From: Escherichia coli
Lineage (GTDB): Bacteria; Pseudomonadota; Gammaproteobacteria; Enterobacterales; Enterobacteriaceae
Length of the DNA stretch: 64,000 nt
Reading direction: 5' to 3' (one strand)
Assembly (NCBI RefSeq): GCF_003790525.1
Contig: NZ_CP033634.1
The position numbers and the translations under genes are program-made. Positions 39,845 through 50,120 of the stretch are shown in pieces (position 1 is the stretch's first letter; every line of letters starts with the position of its first letter). The notes below the pieces were generated by a model that was given only the letters and a program-made list of their open reading frames with translations, was not told the DNA's origin and did not search any database.

Positions 39845-41271
39845 TGGCCAGTATCAACACCATTGTGAAACGCAAGCAGTACCTGTGGCTGGGGATTGTG
39901 GTTGTCGGTGCAGCCTCCGCGATTGGTGGGGCACTGTATCTGTCTGATGTGGACATGTCCGGTAACGGTGAGGCGGTGGCTGAACAGGAGCCTGTACCGG
40001 ATATGACCGGTGTGGTGGATACGACCTTTGATGACAAGGTGCGTCAGCATGCCACCACAGAGATGCAGGTGACGGCAGCGCAGATGCAGAAGCAGTATGA
40101 GGAAATCCGTCGTGAGCTGGATGTCCTGAACAAACAGCGCGGTGATGACCAGCGTCGTATTGAAAAGCTGGGACAGGATAATGCTGCCCTGGCAGAGCAG
40201 GTAAAAGCCCTGGGTGCAAATCCCGTCACCGCGACCGGTGAGCCAGTACCGCAGACGCCAGCCTCACCGCCCGGCCCGGAAGGCGAACCACAGCCAGGAA
40301 ACACACCCGTATCTTTCCCGCCGCAGGGCAGCGTTGCTGTTCCACCGCCGACGGCGTTTTATCCCGGGAATGGTGTCACGCCACCACCACAGGTGACGTA
40401 CCAGTCTGTGCCGGTGCCTAACCGGATACAGCGTAAGGTGTTTACCCGTAATGAGGGAAAACAGGGACCATCACTGCCGTACATTCCGTCAGGAAGTTTT
40501 GCGAAAGCCATGCTGATTGAAGGGGCGGATGCCAATGCCTCTGTCACCGGTAATGAATCCACGGTGCCGATGCAGCTGCGTATCACCGGCCTGGTGGAAA
40601 TGCCGAACAGCAAGACGTATGACGCAACGGGATGTTTTGTGGGTCTGGAAGCCTGGGGGGATGTGTCCAGTGAGCGTGCCATTGTACGCACCCGCAATAT
40701 CAGCTGCCTGAAGGACGGCAAAACTATTGATATGCCGATTAAGGGGCATGTCAGCTTCCGGGGTAAAAACGGTATCAAGGGCGAAGTGGTGATGCGTAAC
40801 GGCAAAATCCTCGGCTGGGCATGGGGCGCGGGATTTGTTGACGGTATCGGTCAGGGAATGGAGCGTGCCTCCCAGCCGGCTGTCGGGCTGGGTGCCACCG
40901 CTGCTTACGGGGCCGGCGATGTCCTTAAAATGGGTATCGGTGGCGGCGCATCGAAAGCCGCACAGACGCTCAGTGACTACTACATCAAACGTGCCGAACA
41001 GTATCACCCGGTGATACCGATTGGTGCGGGCAACGAAGTGACCGTGGTGTTCCAGGACGGCTTCCAGCTGAAAACCGTGGAAGAGATGGCGCTGGAACGC
41101 ACGCAGAGCAGAGCTGAAGAAGACAATCCGGAAAGTCCGGTTCCTGTTCCGCCATCGGCTGAAAGTCATCTTAACGGCTTTAATACTGACCAGATGCTGA
41201 AGCAGCTGGGCAACCTGAATCCGCAGCAGTTTATGTCCGGCAGCCAGGGAGGGGGCAACGATGGCAAATAA
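39844..41271 (+). CDS. traB: TraB (VirB10-like)
   Basis: 475 aa, proline-rich linker, gene order. Confidence 0.9.
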   Translation: MASINTIVKRKQYLWLGIVVVGAASAIGGALYLSDVDMSGNGEAVAEQEPVPDMTGVVDTTFDDKVRQHATTEMQVTAAQMQKQYEEIRRELDVLNKQRGDDQRRIEKLGQDNAALAEQVKALGANPVTATGEPVPQTPASPPGPEGEPQPGNTPVSFPPQGSVAVPPPTAFYPGNGVTPPPQVTYQSVPVPNRIQRKVFTRNEGKQGPSLPYIPSGSFAKAMLIEGADANASVTGNESTVPMQLRITGLVEMPNSKTYDATGCFVGLEAWGDVSSERAIVRTRNISCLKDGKTIDMPIKGHVSFRGKNGIKGEVVMRNGKILGWAWGAGFVDGIGQGMERASQPAVGLGATAAYGAGDVLKMGIGGGASKAAQTLSDYYIKRAEQYHPVIPIGAGNEVTVVFQDGFQLKTVEEMALERTQSRAEEDNPESPVPVPPSAESHLNGFNTDQMLKQLGNLNPQQFMSGSQGGGNDGK

Positions 41272-41845
41272 TATGTCACTCCGTCAGATATGCCATGCCA
41301 CCCGGTATGTTGTTGTCCGGGGCCTGTGTTGGTTGTTCTGGTGTCTGAAATACGCCGTCATTCTGCCACTGGCCACAATGGCCCTGATGGCTCTGTTTGT
41401 TTTATGGAAGGACAACACCACACCGGGAAAATTACTGGTTCAGGAAATTGACTTCGTAAGACAAACAGCCCCTGCCGGGCAGTTTCCTGTAAGAGAATGT
41501 TTGCCTTCTCTGCATGATCTTCCAGGAGCAGAAGAGAAAATCTGCCGTTACCGTGCTGCTGATGCTGCAGATTATGTCAGGGAGACTGACCGGTCACTGA
41601 TGCAACTGGTCACCGCATTCTGGGCAACGCTGGCACTTATGTATATGTCGTTTGCGGCAGGCACCGGGAAATATCCGGTGCTGCCCGGAAAAATGAAATG
41701 TGTCCGTGTGGCAACAGCAGATGAGCGTCTGAAGGAAGTTCTTGCAGAAGACACTTCCCTGCCGGGAAAAATCAGGGAATGCCATGTTTATTTCCCTGAT
41801 GACAGAACAATCAGAAACAACGGAGATAAAAATGAACATGCGTAA
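41261..41845 (+). CDS. traP: TraP
   Basis: 194 aa, gene order. Confidence 0.85.
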   Translation: MANNMSLRQICHATRYVVVRGLCWLFWCLKYAVILPLATMALMALFVLWKDNTTPGKLLVQEIDFVRQTAPAGQFPVRECLPSLHDLPGAEEKICRYRAADAADYVRETDRSLMQLVTAFWATLALMYMSFAAGTGKYPVLPGKMKCVRVATADERLKEVLAEDTSLPGKIRECHVYFPDDRTIRNNGDKNEHA

Positions 41846-42152
41846 TATTAATGTTATTACTGCCCGCTCTGTACCGGATAAAAGCGTATCAGATGATTTT
41901 ATGCATGCTGTTCTCAGTAACTGCACCACAAGAATCGTACTTCCTGCACCGAAGGAATTCAGTTCTGAATCATTGCCGCACAATTTTAATATGGCTGCTG
42001 TCGGTGTGATGAAGAAGGGTATGTCGATGAGCTTATTTTCTTCTCCGGGGCATATTGTGGTTGCCGGACAATCCGGTGGCGGAAAATCTGTTCCGGTGAA
42101 AGAACTAATCGACAGAATTATTCAGAAATATAAGGAACCCTTCGATGAATAA
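41832..42152 (+). CDS. trbD: TrbD (start uncertain)
   Basis: ORF between traP and trbG; internal ATG at 41832 chosen. Confidence 0.5.
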   Translation: MNMRNINVITARSVPDKSVSDDFMHAVLSNCTTRIVLPAPKEFSSESLPHNFNMAAVGVMKKGMSMSLFSSPGHIVVAGQSGGGKSVPVKELIDRIIQKYKEPFDE

Positions 42153-42396
42153 GCTGGTTTCTGATGGCAGCGTCAAAAAAATAAATTATCCGGTGCTGTA
42201 TGAATCCGGAATAACACCTCCGTTATGTGAAGTCAGTGCGCCAGAACCTGATGCGGGGGGGAAACGCATTGTGGCATATGTTTATAAATCATCACGGAAT
42301 ACGGTTTTTGAAAATCCTGACATTGTAAAAACCTGTACGGTCAGGGATTTGAAGAATGATTTTGTGAACTGCGATGAGAAAGGTGAGGGACAATGA
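42145..42396 (+). CDS. trbG: TrbG
   Basis: 83 aa, gene order. Confidence 0.8.
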   Translation: MNKLVSDGSVKKINYPVLYESGITPPLCEVSAPEPDAGGKRIVAYVYKSSRNTVFENPDIVKTCTVRDLKNDFVNCDEKGEGQ

Positions 42397-42908
42397 AACA
42401 GATTTCTTTATTTATTCCTCTGCTGGGGACCTTATTACTTTCCGGCTGTGCCGGAACCAGTACGGAATTTGAGTGTAACGCCACCACATCCGATACCTGT
42501 ATGACGATGGAGCAGGCCAATGAGAAGGCCAAAAAACTGGAGCAGTCCTCAGAAGCAAAGCCGGTTGCGGCATCACTGCCGCGCCTGGCTGAAGGGAACT
42601 TCCGGACAATGCCGGTGCAGACCATTACCGCGACCACTCCGTCCGGCAGCAGACCTGCGGTGACAGCACATCCGGAGCAGAAACTGCTGGCACCACGCCC
42701 GCTGTTTACCGCTGCCCGGGAAGTGAAAACGGTTGTTCCGGTCAGTTCAGTTACGCCGGTAACACCTCCTCGTCCGCTAAGAACGGGTGAGCAGACGGCA
42801 GCATTATGGATAGCGCCTTATATTGATAACCAGGATGTTTATCATCAGCCATCCAGCGTGTTTTTTGTTATTAAACCGTCTGCGTGGGGAAAGCCACGTA
42901 TTAATTAA
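42393..42908 (+). CDS. traV: TraV lipoprotein
   Basis: Lipobox LLLSGC, 171 aa. Confidence 0.9.
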   Translation: MKQISLFIPLLGTLLLSGCAGTSTEFECNATTSDTCMTMEQANEKAKKLEQSSEAKPVAASLPRLAEGNFRTMPVQTITATTPSGSRPAVTAHPEQKLLAPRPLFTAAREVKTVVPVSSVTPVTPPRPLRTGEQTAALWIAPYIDNQDVYHQPSSVFFVIKPSAWGKPRIN

Positions 42909-43042
42909 CTGGCCCTGAAGTTGTATATCAGCCGGCAATGTCGGCGGGCTTTCTGTATTCAAAATCTGCCTGTAAAACGAGTGCCCTGTGCGTGAAAAGG
43001 GATGGGCGGTAGCGTGTCAGAACATGTCGGGAGGAATATTCC

Positions 43043-43264
43043 GTGAGTGATGAAGCCGATGAAGCATATTCAGTGACAGAACAACTGACCATGACAGGAA
43101 TAAACCTGATACGCCAGAAAATAAATGCTCATGGTATTCCTGTTTATCTCTGTGAAGCATGCGGAAATCCTATTCCGGAAGCCCGGCGGAAAATATTTCC
43201 CGGTGTGACGTTGTGCGTTGAATGTCAGGCGTATCAGGAAAGGCAGAGGAAACACTATGCATAA
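43043..43264 (+). CDS. traR: TraR (DksA/TraR C4 zinc finger)
   Basis: CEACGNPIPEARRKIFPGVTLCVECQ. Confidence 0.9.
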   Translation: MSDEADEAYSVTEQLTMTGINLIRQKINAHGIPVYLCEACGNPIPEARRKIFPGVTLCVECQAYQERQRKHYA

Positions 43265-43730
43265 ATCAGAAGCTGAAAAAATAGATTCTATTCTGGATGA
43301 ACATCAACAGATATATCGCAGACATAACCGAATAGATAACATCCTGGCGTTTTGTGCGTGTATTGCATGGGTTCCCTGTATTATTGCTGCGTTCGGCGTT
43401 GATGGTATATATCTGAAAATACTGTTTGCGGTCCTTGCCTGCTGTGGTGCGGTATGCTTTTTTATTTTCTTCTTCACCCTCCTGCCGGAATCACTCATGG
43501 TCCTCAGCCGTCAGAGCCTGCTTCAGCTTATGCGTCTGACTGAAGACGTACCGGATGCGAGACAGGAACTGCTTAACCGTCTGCTGTCCGGTAAAAAACT
43601 GACTGGTCGGGATGAACAGGATATCCGGCGTCTCTGGCAGGAGAAAGTGGATGCAATGCAGGAGTCTGCCACCCGTCAGCGTGAACAGGATACTATTCGG
43701 AAGTTTACTGAAGGGAATAAATCCGAATGA
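43257..43730 (+). CDS. Hypothetical membrane protein, cargo ORF between traR and traC
   Basis: ATG at 43257 with upstream purine-rich RBS; two predicted TM segments. Confidence 0.55.
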   Translation: MHKSEAEKIDSILDEHQQIYRRHNRIDNILAFCACIAWVPCIIAAFGVDGIYLKILFAVLACCGAVCFFIFFFTLLPESLMVLSRQSLLQLMRLTEDVPDARQELLNRLLSGKKLTGRDEQDIRRLWQEKVDAMQESATRQREQDTIRKFTEGNKSE

Positions 43731-43778
43731 GAATCTGCAGTGTTTTATGACCTCATAAGTTAACTGAAGGGATATTCA

Positions 43779-44024
43779 GTGATTAATATACAAGCGGAGA
43801 TAATAAAGAATGCATACCTTTATTTTTCTTGTGCTGATAAAAATATTAACGGTGGCGGAAGCTGGAATATTACACCCATGCCAAATACGGACGTATGCGT
43901 GCAGGTTCTTCGGACAATCGAGTCACACGGAGGCAGGGGATTTGGAAATACAGGGGAATGTATTGAAGTTAAAACAAATAAACCTTTGAACAACGTGATG
44001 GATACACTGAATGGGGGGCAATGA
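43779..44024 (+). CDS. Hypothetical protein (81 aa), cargo ORF
   Basis: ORF in AT-rich intergenic block within the tra operon. Confidence 0.4.
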   Translation: MINIQAEIIKNAYLYFSCADKNINGGGSWNITPMPNTDVCVQVLRTIESHGGRGFGNTGECIEVKTNKPLNNVMDTLNGGQ

Positions 44025-44051
44025 GTGCTTACTGCTTCAAAGGAAAATGAA

Positions 44052-44414
44052 ATGAAGTCGATATATTTAGAATCTGTTCTGGCTTTTATATTTGTTGGCG
44101 TTATGGCTATGTTGATATGTGGTCTTTTTTACAATGACTACCTTGAGCAACAACCTGCAACACCAGAACAACTGAGAGAGATTACACAGGATATCCCCTG
44201 TGCAGCAGAAGCATTTAAGGAAGCTATTAAGTCTGACACATCTGATTATCAGCCTGAACCTTTAAGTCTTGGTAAGGCAAAAGAGCTTGCATCAGCGTGT
44301 AGAGAAAGAAACGAAATGGCAGAGGTGAAACGGGTAAGAGAAAATGAGCGCAATAAGATTCGCGAAAAACAAATTCAGGCATTAAATGATGCTCATTCAG
44401 TAAAGGAACGTTAA
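44052..44414 (+). CDS. Hypothetical membrane-anchored protein (120 aa), cargo ORF
   Basis: RBS AAGGAAA before ATG at 44052; N-terminal TM helix. Confidence 0.5.
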   Translation: MKSIYLESVLAFIFVGVMAMLICGLFYNDYLEQQPATPEQLREITQDIPCAAEAFKEAIKSDTSDYQPEPLSLGKAKELASACRERNEMAEVKRVRENERNKIREKQIQALNDAHSVKER

Positions 44415-44539
44415 TCCTGGTTTCCTGTTAAAAGCCTCCATCTCTTATTTGTGCTGTGGTTTCAGGAATGGCACTGCGTGATATATCCACGGCCACAGAC
44501 TGATATTTTCCTTTTTTAAACGCACTAAGGAATACGCAT

Positions 44540-47170
44540 ATGAGTAATAACCCACTTGAGGCCGTCACTCAGGCGGTTAACTCCCTCGTCACAGCACTGA
44601 AACTGCCTGACGAATCAGCAAAGGCCAATGAAGTGCTGGGCGAAATGAGCTTCCCGCAGTTCAGCCGTCTGCTGCCGTACCGTGATTACAACCAGGAATC
44701 CGGTCTGTTCATGAATGACACCACGATGGGCTTTATGCTGGAAGCCATTCCCATCAATGGGGCGAATAAGTCCATTGTGGAGGCACTCGATCACATGCTG
44801 CGCACCAAACTGCCGCGCGATATTCCGTTGTGTATCCATCTGATGTCCAGTCAGCTGGTTGGTGACAGGATTGAATACGGGCTGCGTGAGTTCTCCTGGT
44901 CAGGTGAACAGGCTGAACGGTTTAACGCCATTACCCGGGCCTATTATATGAAAGCGGCAGCGACACAGTTTCCGCTGCCGGAGGGGATGAATCTGGCCCT
45001 GACCCTGCGCCATTACCGGGTGTTTATCTCGTACTGTTCTCCTTCGAAGAAAAAAAGCCGGGCCGACATTCTGGAAATGGAAAACCTGGTGAAAATCATC
45101 CGGGCGTCGTTACAGGGGGCCAGTATCACCACACAGACGGTGGATGCACAGGCCTTTATCGATATTGTCGGGGAGATGATTAACCATAACCCGGACTCCC
45201 TGTACCCGAAAAGACGTCAGCTGGACCCGTATTCTGATCTGAATTATCAGTGTGTGGAGGACAGTTTTGATCTGAAAGTCCGGGCTGATTACCTGACGCT
45301 GGGCCTGCGTGAGAACGGCAGGAACAGCACGGCCCGCATCCTGAATTTCCATCTGGCCCGTAACCCGGAAATCGCCTTCCTGTGGAACATGGCCGACAAC
45401 TACAGCAACCTGCTGAACCCGGAACTGTCCATCTCCTGTCCGTTCATCCTGACGCTGACTCTGGTGGTGGAAGACCAGGTGAAAACCCACAGCGAAGCCA
45501 ACCTGAAGTACATGGACCTGGAGAAAAAGTCGAAGACCTCCTATGCCAAATGGTTTCCGTCCGTGGAGAAAGAGGCGAAGGAGTGGGGGGAACTGCGTCA
45601 GCGGCTGGGCTCCGGTCAGTCCTCCGTGGTGTCCTACTTCCTCAACATCACAGCATTCTGCAAGGACAATAATGAAACGGCGCTGAAAGTGGAGCAGGAC
45701 ATCCTGAACAGCTTTCGTAAAAACGGTTTTGAGCTGATTTCACCGCGCTTTAACCACATGCGCAATTTCCTGACCTGCCTGCCCTTTATGGCCGGGAAAG
45801 GGCTGTTTAAACAGCTGAAAGAGGCCGGAGTGGTTCAGCGCGCAGAGAGCTTTAATGTGGCCAACCTGATGCCGTTAGTGGCGGATAACCCCCTGACACC
45901 GGCAGGTCTGCTGGCACCCACCTACCGTAACCAGCTGGCGTTTATCGATATTTTCTTCCGGGGGATGAATAACACCAATTACAACATGGCGGTCTGTGGC
46001 ACCTCCGGGGCCGGTAAAACCGGGCTGATACAGCCACTTATCCGCAGCGTGCTGGACTCCGGGGGCTTTGCCGTGGTGTTCGACATGGGGGATGGCTACA
46101 AGTCCCTGTGTGAGAACATGGGGGGCGTATATCTGGACGGTGAAACCCTGCGCTTTAACCCGTTTGCGAACATCACCGATATTGACCAGTCAGCGGAGCG
46201 TGTCCGCGACCAGCTGTCGGTGATGGCCAGCCCCAACGGTAACCTGGATGAAGTGCATGAAGGTCTGCTGCTGCAGGCGGTCAGGGCATCATGGCTGGCC
46301 AAAGAGAACAGGGCTCGTATTGATGACGTGGTGGATTTCCTGAAAAACGCCAGTGACAGCGAGCAGTATGCCGGGTCACCGACTATCCGCAGCCGTCTGG
46401 ACGAAATGATTGTGCTGCTTGACCAGTACACTGCCAACGGCACTTACGGCCAGTATTTTAACTCTGATGAGCCGTCCCTGCGGGATGACGCAAAAATGGT
46501 GGTGCTGGAGCTGGGCGGACTGGAAGACCGTCCGTCACTGCTGGTTGCGGTGATGTTCTCCCTGATTATCTACATCGAGAACAGGATGTACCGCACGCCG
46601 CGTAACCTCAAGAAACTGAACGTTATTGATGAAGGCTGGCGTCTGCTGGACTTCAAAAATCACAAGGTCGGTGAATTTATTGAGAAAGGCTACCGTACGG
46701 CCCGCCGTCATACCGGTGCCTATATCACCATCACACAGAACATCGTCGACTTTGACTCTGACAAGGCCTCCAGTGCTGCCCGCGCGGCATGGGGTAACTC
46801 CTCCTACAAAATTATCCTCAGACAGAGTGCGAAGGAGTTCGCGAAATACAACCAGCTGTATCCGGACCAGTTCCAGCCACTGCAGCGCGACATGATTGGT
46901 AAGTTTGGTGCGGCCAAAGACCAGTGGTTCAGTTCCTTCCTGCTGCAGGTGGAAAACCATTCCTCCTGGCACCGCCTGTTTGTGGACCCGTTAAGCCGCG
47001 CCATGTACAGCTCTGACGGCCCGGATTTTGAGTTTGTGCAGCAGAAACGTAAAGAGGGGCTGAGTATTCATGAGGCGGTGTGGCAGCTGGCGTGGAAGAA
47101 GTCAGGGCCGGAGATGGCTTCGCTGGAAGCCTGGCTGGAAGAACATGAGAAATACAGGAGTGTTGCATGA
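44540..47170 (+). CDS. traC: TraC, VirB4-family ATPase
   Basis: 876 aa; Walker A GTSGAGKT. Confidence 0.95.
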   Translation: MSNNPLEAVTQAVNSLVTALKLPDESAKANEVLGEMSFPQFSRLLPYRDYNQESGLFMNDTTMGFMLEAIPINGANKSIVEALDHMLRTKLPRDIPLCIHLMSSQLVGDRIEYGLREFSWSGEQAERFNAITRAYYMKAAATQFPLPEGMNLALTLRHYRVFISYCSPSKKKSRADILEMENLVKIIRASLQGASITTQTVDAQAFIDIVGEMINHNPDSLYPKRRQLDPYSDLNYQCVEDSFDLKVRADYLTLGLRENGRNSTARILNFHLARNPEIAFLWNMADNYSNLLNPELSISCPFILTLTLVVEDQVKTHSEANLKYMDLEKKSKTSYAKWFPSVEKEAKEWGELRQRLGSGQSSVVSYFLNITAFCKDNNETALKVEQDILNSFRKNGFELISPRFNHMRNFLTCLPFMAGKGLFKQLKEAGVVQRAESFNVANLMPLVADNPLTPAGLLAPTYRNQLAFIDIFFRGMNNTNYNMAVCGTSGAGKTGLIQPLIRSVLDSGGFAVVFDMGDGYKSLCENMGGVYLDGETLRFNPFANITDIDQSAERVRDQLSVMASPNGNLDEVHEGLLLQAVRASWLAKENRARIDDVVDFLKNASDSEQYAGSPTIRSRLDEMIVLLDQYTANGTYGQYFNSDEPSLRDDAKMVVLELGGLEDRPSLLVAVMFSLIIYIENRMYRTPRNLKKLNVIDEGWRLLDFKNHKVGEFIEKGYRTARRHTGAYITITQNIVDFDSDKASSAARAAWGNSSYKIILRQSAKEFAKYNQLYPDQFQPLQRDMIGKFGAAKDQWFSSFLLQVENHSSWHRLFVDPLSRAMYSSDGPDFEFVQQKRKEGLSIHEAVWQLAWKKSGPEMASLEAWLEEHEKYRSVA

Positions 47171-47553
47171 CCATAACGCAAAAAACGACGGATGTTACAG
47201 CCCCCCGACGCAGCCACTGGTGGTGGACGGTGCCGGGATACCTGGCAATGGTGTTACTGAACGCAGCCATCAGTTACGGCATTGTCAGACTGAACGCACC
47301 GGTGACTGCCGCCTTCAACATGAAACAGACCGTGGATGCGTTTTTTGACAGCGCCAGTCAGAAACAACTGTCAGAAGCACAGTCAAAAGCCCTTTCAGCG
47401 CGTTTTAACACGGCACTGGAAGCCAGCCTGCAGGCGTGGCAGCAGAAACACCACGCGGTCATTCTGGTGTCGCCTGCTGTGGTACAGGGGGCACCGGATA
47501 TCACCCGGGAAATCCAGCAGGATATTGCCCGGCGAATGAGGGCGGAGCCATGA
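47167..47553 (+). CDS. trbI: TrbI
   Basis: 128 aa, gene order. Confidence 0.85.
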   Translation: MTITQKTTDVTAPRRSHWWWTVPGYLAMVLLNAAISYGIVRLNAPVTAAFNMKQTVDAFFDSASQKQLSEAQSKALSARFNTALEASLQAWQQKHHAVILVSPAVVQGAPDITREIQQDIARRMRAEP

Positions 47554-48182
47554 GATGCCGGGGGCTGATTGCCCTGCTGATATGGGGGCAGAGTGTGGCC
47601 GCCGCCGATCTTGGTACCTGGGGCGATCTGTGGCCGGTAAATGAGCCGGACATGCTGACGGTGATCATGCAGCGCCTGACGGCACTGGAGCAGTCCGGTG
47701 AGATGGGCCGGAAAATGGATGCCTTTAAGGAGCGGGTGATCCGCAACAGTCTGCGGCCCCCTGCCGTGCCCGGTATCGGACGCACGGAGAAATACGGCAG
47801 CCGGTTGTTTGACCCGTCCGTCAGACTGGCTGCGGATATCCGGGATAACGAAGGGCGGGTGTTTGCCCGTCAGGGTGAAGTGATGAATCCATTGCAGTAT
47901 GTTCCTTTTAACCAGACGCTGTATTTCATCAATGGCGATGATCCGGCGCAGGTGGCCTGGATGAAACGCCAGACGCCGCCCACACTGGAGAGCAAAATTA
48001 TCCTCGTGCAGGGCAGTATCCCGGAGACGCAGAAGTCTCTGGACAACCGTGTTTACTTTGACCAGAACGGTGTGCTCTGCCAGCGCCTCGGCATTGATCA
48101 GGTCCCGGCACGGGTGAGCGCCGTTCCCGGCGATCGCTTCCTGAAGGTGGAATTTATTCCGGCAGAGGAGGGCAGAAAATGA
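47550..48182 (+). CDS. traW: TraW
   Basis: 210 aa with signal peptide, starts at MRCRGLIALL; the longer ORF-track entry begins upstream. Confidence 0.85.
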   Translation: MRCRGLIALLIWGQSVAAADLGTWGDLWPVNEPDMLTVIMQRLTALEQSGEMGRKMDAFKERVIRNSLRPPAVPGIGRTEKYGSRLFDPSVRLAADIRDNEGRVFARQGEVMNPLQYVPFNQTLYFINGDDPAQVAWMKRQTPPTLESKIILVQGSIPETQKSLDNRVYFDQNGVLCQRLGIDQVPARVSAVPGDRFLKVEFIPAEEGRK

Positions 48183-49171
48183 AGCGAAGCCTGTGGCTGC
48201 TGATGTTATTCCTTCTCGCCGGTCATGTCCCTGCAGCGTCTGCGGATTCTGCCTGTGAGGGGCGTTTTGTAAACCCGATCACGGATATCTGCTGGAGCTG
48301 TATTTTCCCGCTCTCGCTGGGCAGTATCAAAGTCAGTCAGGGTAAGGTCCCCGACACGGCGAACCCGTCGATGCCCATTCAGATTTGTCCGGCACCGCCG
48401 CCGCTGTTCAGGCGTATCGGGCTGGCCATTGGTTACTGGGAGCCGATGGCGCTGACGGACGTCACCCGATCACCGGGATGCATGGTTAACCTGGGCTTCA
48501 GCCTGCCGGCTTTTGGTAAAACGGCACAGGGAACGGCGAAAAAGGATGAGAAGCAGGTGAACGGGGCGTTCTATCACGTTCACTGGTACAAATACCCGCT
48601 GACGTACTGGCTTAACATCATCACATCGCTGGGCTGTCTGGAAGGTGGTGACCTGGATATCGCTTATCTTTCTGAAATCGACCCCACCTGGACGGACAGC
48701 AGCCTGACCACCATTCTCAATCCGGAAGCTGTCATCTTTGCCAATCCGATAGCACAGGGGGCCTGTGCAGCAGATGCCATTGCCAGCGCCTTTAATATGC
48801 CTCTCGATGTTCTGTTCTGGTGTGCCGGTTCGCAGGGCAGTATGTACCCGTTCAATGGCTGGGTGAGTAATGAGTCCAGTCCGTTGCAGTCCTCCCTGCT
48901 GGTCAGTGAACGCATGGCGTTCAAGCTGCACCGTCAGGGCATGATTATGGAAACCATCGGGAAAAATAACGCCGTCTGTAATGAATATCCGTCCCCAATC
49001 CTGCCCAAAGAACGCTGGCGTTACCAGATGGTGAATATGTACCCGGACAGCGGACAGTGCCACCCGTTCGGGCGCAGTGTGACCCGCTGGGAGACGGGAA
49101 AAAATCCGCCCAACACAAAGAAAAACTTCGGCTACCTGATGTGGCGTAAACGTAACTGTGTGTTCCTGTAA
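48179..49171 (+). CDS. traU: TraU
   Basis: 330 aa, signal peptide, gene order. Confidence 0.9.
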   Translation: MKRSLWLLMLFLLAGHVPAASADSACEGRFVNPITDICWSCIFPLSLGSIKVSQGKVPDTANPSMPIQICPAPPPLFRRIGLAIGYWEPMALTDVTRSPGCMVNLGFSLPAFGKTAQGTAKKDEKQVNGAFYHVHWYKYPLTYWLNIITSLGCLEGGDLDIAYLSEIDPTWTDSSLTTILNPEAVIFANPIAQGACAADAIASAFNMPLDVLFWCAGSQGSMYPFNGWVSNESSPLQSSLLVSERMAFKLHRQGMIMETIGKNNAVCNEYPSPILPKERWRYQMVNMYPDSGQCHPFGRSVTRWETGKNPPNTKKNFGYLMWRKRNCVFL

Positions 49172-49199
49172 GTCATGTTAATCAATAAGAGGATCGATT

Positions 49200-49511
49200 A
49201 TGAAGGTGGGGGTAATAAGAAATAAGCACGCAGAGGACTTCAGAAAAATATGTCTTCTGTTTATCCGGTTAACGAGCAATGTATTAAAACTGTTTCCTTT
49301 TGCTATGGTGATGTGCTCTGTGGTGTGGTTTTATTTTTGCCCTGAACATATTCTCTCAGACATTGTTAACGACTGGCACGATGCAGATACACTGGAAAAA
49401 ATACGGATTGTCAGACTGTATCTGAAGACGTCTTTTATTCTGACAGTGGTGGGCGTTGTTATTTCATATCTTTCTTCAGATAAGTTTATGCCCGTTAAGC
49501 GCAGGAAATGA
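49200..49511 (+). CDS. Hypothetical membrane protein (103 aa), cargo ORF between traU and trbC
   Basis: RBS AAGAGGA before ATG; AT-rich. Confidence 0.5.
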   Translation: MKVGVIRNKHAEDFRKICLLFIRLTSNVLKLFPFAMVMCSVVWFYFCPEHILSDIVNDWHDADTLEKIRIVRLYLKTSFILTVVGVVISYLSSDKFMPVKRRK

Positions 49512-49573
49512 GTCTGGCGGTTCTCATAAATATAACCGTGTGTGCATGTGTACAATATAAGTAAAGGTGCGTT

Positions 49574-49945
49574 ATGGGATTTTTCTCGTTTTTACGAAAG
49601 ATAAGTAATAAAGAAAAAGGGGTGGTTATCTATGAGAAGCAGTGGTTCTCACTGCTGGAAAAGGTGAGTGCTTTTGATGAGGTCAGACAATGGGCTGAAA
49701 GTAATGGTGGAGCATATTATCCTCTGCTGGAGTGTCGTCGGCTTACAGACAGTGAAGATGTCAGGAAATCAGAGGATATACTGAACCGACTGGAGTTTAT
49801 TGACAGAAGATTTCGGGAATTCATCAGCATTATGTCTGAACATATTAATAATGATAAAACTAAATCCATGTGGGAGAGGGAATTGTCTGAATATCCACCG
49901 GAAAAATATACCAGGTCCGGAGAGAGGGAGAACATCTGTCATTAA
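49574..49945 (+). CDS. Hypothetical protein (123 aa), cargo ORF between traU and trbC
   Basis: ORF in AT-rich block. Confidence 0.5.
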   Translation: MGFFSFLRKISNKEKGVVIYEKQWFSLLEKVSAFDEVRQWAESNGGAYYPLLECRRLTDSEDVRKSEDILNRLEFIDRRFREFISIMSEHINNDKTKSMWERELSEYPPEKYTRSGERENICH

Positions 49946-50120
49946 AAAATTACGGTGATGATATTACTCTGAACAGAGATACCGCCGTGGCTACGGTGCA
50001 GATTACTGTCAGCAGAAAATGCATTACTCAGGAAGAAATGGATGAATTATATGCATTGTCTGAGAGACTGAAAGAAAAGTGCGCCGGTAATTAAATTATA
50101 TCACTGTGCCGGGAGATGAT

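Noticed and set aside
39854-41169. Antisense and alternative-frame ORFs within traB (and similar ones inside traC, traN, traG)
   Set aside because: Embedded in strongly supported tra genes; typical GC-rich off-frame artefacts
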